Assembly (NCBI GenBank): GCA_000002445.1
Contig: CP000070.1
Coordinates: forward strand, 352,001 to 416,000
From: Trypanosoma brucei
Taxonomy: Eukaryota
Reading direction: 5' to 3'
Length of the DNA stretch: 64,000 nucleotides
Part shown: piece by piece, positions 52,544 through 62,452 of the stretch
Position numbering within the stretch: the stretch's first letter is position 1
Layout of the letters: each line of letters begins with the position of its first letter
Notes under the pieces: generated by a model
What the model saw: only the letters and a program-made list of their open reading frames with translations
Told to the model about the DNA's origin: nothing
Database searches by the model: none
Position numbers and translations under genes: made by a program

Positions 52544-54508
52544 ACTATGCGCCCAGCTCCGATGGACTGCCTGGTGTGCTCAGGGCGCCTGCCCGTGCAG
52601 ACTGCTTTTAATCGCATGGCTGCTATACAGGAGGAAATTGCGCGAATTGATGACCAACTTGCTACACTTTATTTGACTGAGAATATGGCGGCGACGTCCC
52701 CAAAGGAGGCACCCACCGACGAATCGATTGATCAAACGATAGCCCACATGCTTGCAGTCGAACTGTGCCAACTCTCCGCGTCAGGTGACACGGTTGGCAT
52801 ACGCGTTCTGCTTAGTGGTGGGGCGGATTGCAATTGTGTTGATTATCACGGGCGCACACCTCTGCATCTTGCCTGTCTTATGGGACACGTCACGGTGGCT
52901 AGGGTTCTTCTTGAGTTCGGCGCCGACGTGACGGCAACAGACAAAGAGGGCAAAACTCCGATGGATCTTGCGGTTAGAAGCGACACGCGAGAAATAGTGG
53001 AGCTCCTAATGAGTCACTGCATCTGTGATTCCTCTGGTGGTGCTCGCAGCCCCCCGCAGGAACTCGATGGTGTACTGGGTGAGGGTTTGCAAGAAGATTC
53101 TCCTCTGACAGCAACACATCCAGACTTTTCCAGTCTTCCACGACCCATGATGGGGAGCCTTATTGTAATAATGGTGGGACTTCCAGCGCGTGGGAAAATG
53201 TACACTGCGCGGCAGATTCAGCGCTACTTTCAGTGGAACGGATTGCAAAGTTCTATTTTCACCTACGACAATTATGTGCATCAACTAGCGCCAAGACAAC
53301 CCGCTTCTTGTGACATAACACAGGACGTAGATATGGAATTGCGGGTAGCAAAGGCCATTGCGCACGACATGACACATTTCATTCACCAGGAAGACGGCGT
53401 TGCTGTACTTGCTGGAAGCAATGTTACTTCGGTCCGTCGCATGGCCTTATTTAACGCAGTGATGGAAACGGGGCACATCCGACAGGGACGCGTCGTGTTT
53501 GTTGAAGTTATTAACACAGTGTCTGAACGTATACGGAACAACGTTCTTCTTGCGAAGGAAATGGTCACTGGCGCCTCCGACAGGTTTGTCGAAGAGTATT
53601 ATGAAAAAATGGAGCAGTTGGAGGCCGTGTACACCTCACTTGACCCCGTTGTAGACAAGGACCTTACATACATTCGCGTTGAAAATGGAGAGGTTTTTTC
53701 ACTCAACAATATATCCGGGTGGATGCCTTCACGCTTGGCGTATATGCTGCACAACTTGAACCCATGCTCTCACAATATTTACCTCACACGCTCTGGAGAG
53801 TACATCGATCTCGTTGACCAGCGTATCGGCGGAAACTCACCACTCACGGAGCGGGGTAGAGCATATGGTAGGGCGATATTTGAGTACTTTCGCCGGGAAC
53901 ATGGAGCAGAGCGGTTTGTTGTGATGAGTAGTTGCGCCGTTCGCTGTACGGAAACTGTACATTACTTTGATAAACGCAACGAGCTGTCGCAAGATCCATA
54001 TTTTGCATCTGGTTCAACCAGCCCAGCCGTGAATTGTCGTGTGTCGTACCTCCCTACACTCGACGACATCAACCGTGGGGATTGTGAGGGAATGCTTTTA
54101 TCCGATGTGCGACGTACGATGCCTGGGACGCTTAGGAATATTTTGGATGACCCCTACCTGACCGCGTGGCCTAACGGCGAGTGTACACACCAAGTGTTTA
54201 ATGCGCGACTTGAGCCGCTCATTCACGACATTCAGGCAAGTGACCACTCTGTTCTCGTAGTTTCACATCTCCATCTTCTTCAAGGCCTTTACTCCTACTT
54301 TGTCTGCAAGGACGGCAACGTGATCGCCCCGCAAAATGCGTACACAATTGATATACCGCTGGAATGTGTGGTGAAGATTCGACGTGTGGGTGACAACCGT
54401 GTGGCAGAGATAATTGATCTTTCCCATGAGGTTGACCGCATTGCGCAGCTCTACCATGGGGGCGCTCAACGGCACTGCCGCCGCACAGAGGACTTCAACA
54501 AACTTTGA
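52508..54508 (+). CDS. ankyrin-repeat / 6-phosphofructo-2-kinase / fructose-2,6-bisphosphatase fusion protein, both catalytic domains apparently degenerate
   Basis: N-terminal ankyrin repeats ([45 protein letters not shown]). PFK-2 domain '[28 protein letters not shown]' vs rat '[27 protein letters not shown]', and '[14 protein letters not shown]' vs 'VAVFDATNTTRERR'. FBPase-2 (histidine-phosphatase) domain '[27 protein letters not shown]' vs '[27 protein letters not shown]', then '[16 protein letters not shown]...VLVVSH'. An alternative start is the Met at 52547, after the polypyrimidine tract. Confidence 0.85.
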   Translation: [666 protein letters not shown]

Positions 54509-55231
54509 GGGAAGCGGGAAGGGAATTTGTAGAAGTAGAAACAAGCTCGATGCCGTTTTGTTTATGGGTTTGAGGTATTTGCCTATTAAATTCATAACTC
54601 TGTGCGCCTTTATATATACGTATATGTTAATGGTCACGTGATATGTTTGAGTTTACGCCTCTCCCTCCCCCTCCCCACAGTCAAAGGAATATAGGGAGAG
54701 AAGTGCCGGAATGACTGCCTTATGGGAGTCATGTTGCCACCGTCGGTTCTCCTCTTGCCAGACACCTTAAAGTTGATCCACATTATCTTATACTTATTTC
54801 AGCGTACGTTTAACAGCACGGTCTGCGTTGGTGTGGTGTGCTGTCTTGCAGTGAAATTATCTCTCTCTGATCGCTAGTCAACGCACATGGCTTTCCTTTT
54901 ATTTTTTAATTAAAACTTTTTGTTTCTCTCTAATTGTTTTTTTTTCTTTCGCTTGCCATGTTTTTTTTTTCCCCTCTCTTCCTGTCTGACTATCAACTTA
55001 CAATTGACTCACTTAAAAAAAAAAAAGGAGGCGGGAAAAAAAAGGCACGTGAAGAGAAGACACACTGAGACGCAAACATTAAGTTTAGACAAGTTCATTT
55101 TAAAGGGGTTTCAGTGAGAAACAACTGTTAGAAAAAGCAACCCTTGGACGGCGGGCGGCCGGCTTCCCAAAGCGGATTGGCTTCCTAAAGTCGTATAAAT
55201 ATATCCAGTAGAATATTTACTGCTTGGGGGG

Positions 55232-56134
55232 ATGTCACTTAAAGCGAAGATCGACGTCTTCCCCTTTGACGGTTATCTGCTGCAGGATCCTTCGGTGGTC
55301 AGTGTTATGCAGGCAGTTGTGCGGGGAAACAAGACAGGAGGCACCGGTGTTGGAAACAGCGGCGGCGCGAGTGGCAACGAAACCGGCAGTGGTGGTGTGG
55401 GAGGTGGTAACGCAAACAAACGACGTGAGGCGGGCGGCGGGACAACAAATTCTGAACGGCGCATAAAAACACCATTGGAGAAGCTCATGAGCCTCAGGGC
55501 ACGGTGCCGAGAGCAGCAGCGCGTCCAGTCAGTTGAAGGCGTACTACTTGTGCATGCGCACGACCATCCTCACGTGTTACTTCTAAGACACAACGTTAAA
55601 ACAACGAATCGCTCGCGCGTATTACCTGCGACGAACACAAACAGTACCGCCGTGTATCGGCTTCCCGGTGGACGGTGCAGGAATGGGGAACCGGAGGAGC
55701 TGTGCCTTCTCCGCAAACTAGGAAGGGATCTTCTCAACGAATCAAAACGTTTGACTTCGTCCTCTACAGCGGAGGAGGAACGGAGTGAAGTGGTGGTTGA
55801 TGTCGGTAGCGCACATCCCAATGGCACCGCTGTTACTGCTTCATCATCTTCATTTCGAGTGGGTGAAGTGTTGGCGCGGTGGTATAGACCACACTTTGAT
55901 CCCTTGATGTATCCGTACGTTCCGGCTCACGTTGCGGAGAATGATGTAAGGGAAGTACGCACCATTTTTCTCGTTCACATGCCACCCCGCATGCTGCTGA
56001 CGGGAACGTACGGAGATGAGGAACTTGTGGCCGCTCCATTGTTCGATCTCTACGACAATACGGCGAAGTATGGCGTGTTAATTGCCTCTATTCCAACACT
56101 TCTTTCTCGTGTAAACATAAACTATTGCAGGTAA
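55232..56134 (+). CDS. cleavage factor Im 25 kDa subunit homologue (CFIm25/CPSF5/NUDT21; Nudix-fold mRNA 3'-processing factor)
   Basis: 'RVQSVEGVLLVHAHDHPHVLLLRHNV' vs human '[24 protein letters not shown]'; 'YRLPGGRCRNGEPEELCLLRKLGRDL' vs '[27 protein letters not shown]'. C-terminal 'RWYRPHFDPLMYPYVPAHV...LVAAPLFDLYDNTAKYGVLIASIPTLLSRVNINY' vs 'NWWRPNFEPPQYPYIPAHI...[34 protein letters not shown]'. Kinetoplastid-type Gly/Asn-rich insertion near the N-terminus. Confidence 0.85.
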   Translation: MSLKAKIDVFPFDGYLLQDPSVVSVMQAVVRGNKTGGTGVGNSGGASGNETGSGGVGGGNANKRREAGGGTTNSERRIKTPLEKLMSLRARCREQQRVQSVEGVLLVHAHDHPHVLLLRHNVKTTNRSRVLPATNTNSTAVYRLPGGRCRNGEPEELCLLRKLGRDLLNESKRLTSSSTAEEERSEVVVDVGSAHPNGTAVTASSSSFRVGEVLARWYRPHFDPLMYPYVPAHVAENDVREVRTIFLVHMPPRMLLTGTYGDEELVAAPLFDLYDNTAKYGVLIASIPTLLSRVNINYCR

Positions 56135-56580
56135 CGTTGGCGCGAATGGGCCATTTTTGTGTAATTTGTCTAATAGCTGCAATGGTGAGGTTTTCTTATG
56201 CGCACGCGAGCTCGAAGTGGGAAGCTACAGTCATTTGTTGCGGCGGGCGGTCCGTTTCACCATCGCGTGGTTTATATCCTCCTATCACTCCCCTCCTTTC
56301 TTTCTTTTTACTACCTCGTTCCTTATACCTGAATGAATTTAGTGAGCTTTCCCGTAGTGATACATAACAAAATTATTCGCTCCTGCTTCAGTCATATATT
56401 TGTACTTAAGAAAACAAATAACCAAGAGGGAAAGGGGAGATAAAGCAGGCGCGGGTGAAAGTGTTGGCCACCGTTATTTGTTGTTGTTGAGTAGTGTTGT
56501 CCAAAATATAGTTCACCCGGCTGCGATTCCCTTTAAGGTTTCCATCGCGCGAACTGGCGTGTGCCAGGTGTTAATATTGA

Positions 56581-57177
56581 ATGGGTCAGAAGCCGTCCAT
56601 CACAACTTTGCTCCGTCAGTGTATATATAATCAGGACACCGACGGTTTTCGAGCACTTATCGGTGAGCACGAGAACGAATTAATACCCGGCTGTCTTGAG
56701 GACAATATTTTTGTTGAGGTAATAACGAAGAAATGTGAACCGGAGATTGTTGACACTGTAGTGAAATTGGCAAACGAGAATCAGCTTGCATCGTTGGTTG
56801 CTACGGCCGTTCTCTATGATCATTCGCTACCACTGGGGCCTCTCTTCGGCATGATGAAGGAACGTGAGCGCACAATAGAGGAACACCAACTGAAGTATCT
56901 TTTCCTTACACTCTGCGAGCGAGGTCGGACGGAGGCAGTTCGTGTATTTGTAGAGAACAAGTGTTATGACCCTTCTGATCCACGCCCCCTCCGGGCTGTG
57001 GTACGCGGGCAACTGAAGAATCCCAACGTGGATACCGACTTACTTATGTTAGTTCTCTCCAGTCATGCACCACAGCCGGATGACGTTAAGTGTCTCATCG
57101 AAACCTATCTTGCCGAAGCAGAAAACGGTGATGTGCGCAAAGTCGTTGAAAAGTGCTTGGTAGGTTTCCACCAATAG
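56581..57177 (+). CDS. small hypothetical protein of 198 aa with N-myristoylation consensus
   Basis: Begins MGQKPS (Met-Gly-x-x-x-Ser), the NMT substrate consensus. Remainder helical, no known motif. Polypyrimidine tract upstream. Confidence 0.45.
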   Translation: MGQKPSITTLLRQCIYNQDTDGFRALIGEHENELIPGCLEDNIFVEVITKKCEPEIVDTVVKLANENQLASLVATAVLYDHSLPLGPLFGMMKERERTIEEHQLKYLFLTLCERGRTEAVRVFVENKCYDPSDPRPLRAVVRGQLKNPNVDTDLLMLVLSSHAPQPDDVKCLIETYLAEAENGDVRKVVEKCLVGFHQ

Positions 57178-57617
57178 CGTTATATTTATTTATTTTTTTC
57201 GCTCAATTTAACCGAGTGAAACACAGGGCGTTTCCTACCTTTTCTCTCATCGTGTTGGGTTTGCCACCACTTTTCACGTGTTTGCCCACGCGACGATACT
57301 AAAACATAAAATTTTCACCTCGCGCATTTAGTGAATACGCGCGGATTCGTAGTCTTTTCTCTGACAACCCATGCCAAGGTAATGTTGGCCCCAACTTTTT
57401 GGTATGCCATCATTTCTTTCTTTTTTTTTTGTATAAAAAAAACCTTTTCCTACGACGTGATAATCATGCATCACGCTGTATCATCCATTTCCCTACATGT
57501 GTTGTTGCTTTTATTGTTGTTGATAACTCTGTAATTTCTTTTTCCGTGCGTTCCTTTTTTTTTTTGCGCCTGCTCACGACAGGCCGGACTACTGTGATAG
57601 GACGCCATTGATATCGC

Positions 57618-59348
57618 ATGAGACGCTGCATCCCTGCATCTGTGCTTCGTCGAGTTCTGCTGCTGCAAACGCGACTTGTGTCTACGAATACGCAAACGCC
57701 ACCATCAGGTTGTGCAACAAAAATACAGAATGAATCACCGATGAACGGTTCATTTAATTTGCCGCGTGAGCGACAGATCCTCGGCGGGCTTCATGCGGAC
57801 TGGCGCACTCAAATGAAACGCTCCGGTTCTATTCTCAACGACATCACACCGGCACTCCCTGATACTAAGCGAACCGAGGAGCAGCGTCGTCGAGTTGCAG
57901 GGTGGAGGCCGGTGGTGAAACTACTGGGGGATCAGCGTTTGCGCATTGCCATTGTGGGGCGCATGAACAGCGGTAAGTCCTCGTTATTCAACCTGCTCCG
58001 CCTGGAACCCACCGTGCCTGGTCGTAGTAATGTTGTGCGTGACTTCGATGGCATAACTCGTGACTCGGTTGAGGGTCAGGCACAACTGGAAGGGATGCAT
58101 TTCACTATTATTGACACACCAGGAATGGTGCAGGGACGAATGGTTGAGGAGGCGTTTCGCACGGTGGAAACCGCCGATGCAGCAATCTTTGTGACCGCTG
58201 TTGATGAGGACATTATGCCTGAAGAATTAAGCCTTATGCAATATCTTCATCTCAAACATATGCCGGTGGTGTTGTTGGCTAACAAGATGGATCTCATACA
58301 GGAGGAAGAGGAAGAGGCGGTGCTCGACCGCTACAACTCGCTTGGATTTGGAAATGCCATCCCTTTCTCTGCAAGGCGTAAGTCGGGGCTGGAGATGCTT
58401 GCTGCTGTGCTAGAGCCGTTATATCATATCCACGCCATGCATAAGGTGGAAAATGATTGGGACATTGAAGATCTGGCAATGCAGGGTGATGAGAGTGCGA
58501 TGGAGGAGATTCGGGAACGAAATTGCAGCGATCGTTTTATCCGCATCGCCATCGTTGGAAGGACAAATAGTGGTAAGTCGAGTTTAGTAAACAGACTGGT
58601 GGGGTTTGAACGGAATCGAGCCGTAGATGAGAAAAATTCCACGCGCGATCCCGTGGAGCTGCCATGCAGTTACAAAGGTCGTAAGCTCAAGTTAATTGAC
58701 ACTGCTGGACTGGCACGCCATCGCTACCGTGCCGATCGTGATTTTATCGGACGTATTCACGGATTGTCTGTCAATGAGATTCGTTTTGCCCACGTTGTTA
58801 TTGTGGTGTTTGATGCAACGGAGGGTCATCCTAATAAGTACGACATGGCCGTCCTTCACTCCGTAGCCGCTGAGGGGAGACCTTTTCTATTGTGCGCAAA
58901 CAAATGGGACGCTGTACTGGATCAAAGCGCTACTGCGGAAGCCATTGACTTTAAGATTAAGCGACAAGTGCGGGAGGTAAAATATAGCAATGCGGTTGTG
59001 GTGTCCGCGCACACTGGGCTGAACCTTACTCTGCTGATGGACCAAGCACTCGAGTTATATGATAAATGGAATAAACGTGTTCGACGAGCGGAGCTGACTC
59101 GCCTTTGGAGGAAAATGGAAAAATCTGTTATCATTCCTTATCACGTGGCGCGGATTGGTCGAATAACGCAGGTAAATACGAGACCTCCAACGTTTCTCTT
59201 GCAGTTACAAACAAAAAATGATTCCAACACGTTACCAAAGGCTCTTCAGGAAATGATGAAGAACACACTTGTCGAGGAGTTTGACTTCCGCGGGGTACCG
59301 ATTCGACTAATACAGGAGGTAAAGGATTCCAACCCTGACTACATCTAA
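57618..59348 (+). CDS. Der/EngA-type double-GTPase (two tandem G domains plus C-terminal KH-like domain), organellar ribosome large-subunit assembly factor
   Basis: G-domain 1: 'IAIVGRMNSGKSSLFNLL', 'DTPGM', 'LLANKMDL'. G-domain 2: 'IAIVGRTNSGKSSLVNRL', 'DTAGL', 'CANKWD'. C-terminal KH-like tail. N-terminus 'MRRCIPASVLRRVLLLQTRLVSTN' is a mitochondrial targeting peptide. Confidence 0.85.
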   Translation: MRRCIPASVLRRVLLLQTRLVSTNTQTPPSGCATKIQNESPMNGSFNLPRERQILGGLHADWRTQMKRSGSILNDITPALPDTKRTEEQRRRVAGWRPVVKLLGDQRLRIAIVGRMNSGKSSLFNLLRLEPTVPGRSNVVRDFDGITRDSVEGQAQLEGMHFTIIDTPGMVQGRMVEEAFRTVETADAAIFVTAVDEDIMPEELSLMQYLHLKHMPVVLLANKMDLIQEEEEEAVLDRYNSLGFGNAIPFSARRKSGLEMLAAVLEPLYHIHAMHKVENDWDIEDLAMQGDESAMEEIRERNCSDRFIRIAIVGRTNSGKSSLVNRLVGFERNRAVDEKNSTRDPVELPCSYKGRKLKLIDTAGLARHRYRADRDFIGRIHGLSVNEIRFAHVVIVVFDATEGHPNKYDMAVLHSVAAEGRPFLLCANKWDAVLDQSATAEAIDFKIKRQVREVKYSNAVVVSAHTGLNLTLLMDQALELYDKWNKRVRRAELTRLWRKMEKSVIIPYHVARIGRITQVNTRPPTFLLQLQTKNDSNTLPKALQEMMKNTLVEEFDFRGVPIRLIQEVKDSNPDYI

Positions 59349-60009
59349 TGCTTACAGGGAAGTCAACACTATAAAATGATAAGGAAGACGTTGGATGAAA
59401 TCGATATGTGATAAGTGCATCGAGGTCCTGCGTTGAATAAGTGGTGTTGCGGTATTTTTTGCGGCGGTTGGTGTGCGAAGCACACCGTGTTATGGAAAGT
59501 TGAAACTATATGGATACAGGTTCCTGGTTGTTTGCCAGCTACTTTATGCGTCGATTAACTCGACTTATGGGGAAGGAGTGCACGACGCTTTACGCGTTGT
59601 TGTGAATGCTCTCTTCTCTAGTCACAGTGCAGCCATCACGAATCGTTCGAAGCCCCCCCCGCCTTGGGTTTACGTGCGTGGCGTTTATCAACTGAGTGAG
59701 AAGAATTTTTTCTTTTACTTATCCTTATTTTGGAGAGGTCTTGGGAACTCTGGTACATATGTATAGATGCATGTATTTTTGTCTTCTGTGGATGACTTCC
59801 CTTTTTCCTCCTCCATTGTCTACGTTTGTTTTTTTGCGGTGAAATGTATTCATACGAGTGGTGTAGTTCCTCAACTAATCCCACCACGTCTCCGTGGGGC
59901 TTGGAAAAGAAAAACAACTAAGAGAGGGAGGGAGAGGGAAGAGATACAATTTTTTTTTCTTCGGGAAGAAGGAGGGGAAGAGGGGTGACACCGCTTAGAC
60001 ATTAGTTTC

Positions 60010-62250
60010 ATGGGCAAAAGACGGAGGTCCATCGGAGAATTGCCGGATGAAACGGGCTTCAACGGTGACAATAGAGGAGATATCGATGATGTGGAAGCGG
60101 GCGATGTGATGGAGCACATACTTGAAGAGGGGGAGGAAGAGATGGATGATGATTGTGAAGATGATGACGACGAACCAACTGGGACGGGATCATCTCCTCC
60201 GTCGTTAGGTGCGTATATTTGGGGTGAGGTGAGCATGGCTCTTTACGTATCCATGCTGAAACAACTCCACCATATTTGTGGTTGCATCGCAATACAACCT
60301 TCGTCGGAAGAACGACGGAAGCTGATTGCCAAGGCACGAACGCAAACGAAAGCATTATGGGACTTGGAAATGTTGAGCAGTGACTCGTCTGAACAGGAGG
60401 ATTTAGCTGAGTATTTTCATTCGCAGATAAGTAGCCTACTAGACAACGTTACCTCGCTTGCCGAGTCAGACATGAAGGCTGGTGAGCTGTGTCAAGCGTT
60501 CCTTCAAACACTAAACATGTTTGGATTCCCCGAAGAGGAGAATTTGGATGAGGTGCAGTTACAAGCTAACATTAGAAAAAGCGCCGAACTGCAGTGCTAT
60601 TCATACCAGCAGCGCACTTCTAATCAACTGAATGTATTGCGGAGATATGAGGGAGACCGACGTAGTGAGGATCAGTATTTGCAGCCGCGTGTTGGCCGTA
60701 TTGTACGCTTTCCCATTCCTCACCCCCATGAAGAGGTGAATACAAGAATTCAACTTATTGAACCAAAGCGACGGCGACCACCACTCGAGGAAAACCGCAT
60801 CTGCTCCCACCCAAAACGTGCAACAGCGTTTGGTATGGAGGACGTGCTTGTGGATGAGGAACTGCAGTTTCGCGCGCTTGTTATGCTCGGCCGCCACCTT
60901 GACACGTTCTGTTCCATCCAACATATCTCACCATATCTGCGCTTAACGGTATGGAACCTACTAGACCGCGACGAGGAGATTTTTGAGCGACTTTGTGAGG
61001 TCCCTAAAGGTGATGATGATACGGCTGTGCATCTCCAGCTTCTGACGGAATTGCGGCAGAGGGTAGCAAGGAAACGTATGGCGTTTGAATCCACCCGGGT
61101 TGGGGCCCGAGAGTGCGTGGCCCGTCTCACTTGGAGTGCAGTGAGTGCGCGATGGAGAGATCAGGTACTCTGTGCAGTGGAGGAAGTGGAGGATGCGGAT
61201 TGGTGTTTACTGCGTGACTCCGCCAAGGTGGGGACACGTGCCATCTTCCCCAACTATGCGGTCTGTTCGGCTGTAAGGGATATTGCGCTGAAAGCTCTGC
61301 GTCGTGTGCGAGACGGGACAATTGACTGTGGCGGCATTGACGACGCGGCAGACTGTTATGAGGTGATTGCCCGTGTGTTGGTGCCAATACTCGAGGGAGG
61401 ACAGCCGATGTTTCCCATGGACGACACATCCGATAGTGACGGGGAACGGGAGAGAGAAGCATGTAGGAAGAAGGAACCGAGGGGGAAAGCACAACGGCCA
61501 TTCCATTATGGTGAGCTGTGCCAACGTTTCGCCACACTCATGTCGAGAGGCGAGGATGCGGAACTGACTGACACGAAAGTTGCACGTAGCGTACGGTGGA
61601 ATCTTAACTGCGAGACATTGCTGGCGGAAGAGGGCGTCGTTTGTACCTTTCTTACCGGTATGTTCGTTTGGCCCCTTCAATGCTTGGCGTCATTTCTGGA
61701 GTTGGTTGCTGCGGGGCGCCACTCTGTTGATGGGTTGCGGAAGTTCTCGGCCGCATTTATTCCATCTAACTGGAGTGACGAGAGGGGGGTATTGGAATAC
61801 CTTTTGAGGCGCGAACCCACAAACTTACCGCTGACAGCCTTTGTTGCCTTCCCTCGTCTCATCAGGGACGTATATATCTCTGCTCGCTGGCTCCTTAACG
61901 ACAAGTGCTTTGCGGCTGTAGTGGCTTGCCGGCGTGAAGCGTGTAAATTACCCTCTAATAAACCTGCAATCAACTTTATACAGTGGAAGGCTCTCTCCAG
62001 TGTACTTGCTGAGGTCGGCTATAAGGATGAACTATTAGCACTAACTGTACGCGGTGCTCTACCTTCTGATGCAGACGAGGGGAAACTGTGGAGTGTGGCG
62101 GAGTTGCAACACACTGTGAGGGCATGGATCGACGGTGTCGAACTGATGTTGCTAGCCGAAAAAAGTGCCATGGTCAGCGGAGCTACCTCGGCAACAGGGA
62201 CGGCGTTTGTGGTTGGTAGGAGTGACAGCAAGAGTGACGGCGAAGGATAG
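60010..62250 (+). CDS. hypothetical protein of 746 aa with strongly acidic N-terminal region
   Basis: Uninterrupted ORF in the common orientation with an acidic stretch (EEGEEEMDDDCEDDDDEPTG). No diagnostic motif seen. Confidence 0.55.
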   Translation: MGKRRRSIGELPDETGFNGDNRGDIDDVEAGDVMEHILEEGEEEMDDDCEDDDDEPTGTGSSPPSLGAYIWGEVSMALYVSMLKQLHHICGCIAIQPSSEERRKLIAKARTQTKALWDLEMLSSDSSEQEDLAEYFHSQISSLLDNVTSLAESDMKAGELCQAFLQTLNMFGFPEEENLDEVQLQANIRKSAELQCYSYQQRTSNQLNVLRRYEGDRRSEDQYLQPRVGRIVRFPIPHPHEEVNTRIQLIEPKRRRPPLEENRICSHPKRATAFGMEDVLVDEELQFRALVMLGRHLDTFCSIQHISPYLRLTVWNLLDRDEEIFERLCEVPKGDDDTAVHLQLLTELRQRVARKRMAFESTRVGARECVARLTWSAVSARWRDQVLCAVEEVEDADWCLLRDSAKVGTRAIFPNYAVCSAVRDIALKALRRVRDGTIDCGGIDDAADCYEVIARVLVPILEGGQPMFPMDDTSDSDGEREREACRKKEPRGKAQRPFHYGELCQRFATLMSRGEDAELTDTKVARSVRWNLNCETLLAEEGVVCTFLTGMFVWPLQCLASFLELVAAGRHSVDGLRKFSAAFIPSNWSDERGVLEYLLRREPTNLPLTAFVAFPRLIRDVYISARWLLNDKCFAAVVACRREACKLPSNKPAINFIQWKALSSVLAEVGYKDELLALTVRGALPSDADEGKLWSVAELQHTVRAWIDGVELMLLAEKSAMVSGATSATGTAFVVGRSDSKSDGEG

Positions 62251-62452
62251 CTGATCCGCCGTACGATTCTTTGGGTTTGTCCATTCCTTACTGTCATTTA
62301 CTAAACTTGTGTCGGCATGCCTTCCAGAGCATTTCATTTCTGTCCCAACTGGTCATCTTTCCCCCATTCGCTCCTTTTCTTTTTCTGTTCATCGTCATTT
62401 TGATACCATTTTACCGCCCCCTTTCATTTCTGCTTCGTGCTCCGTAGATCAT

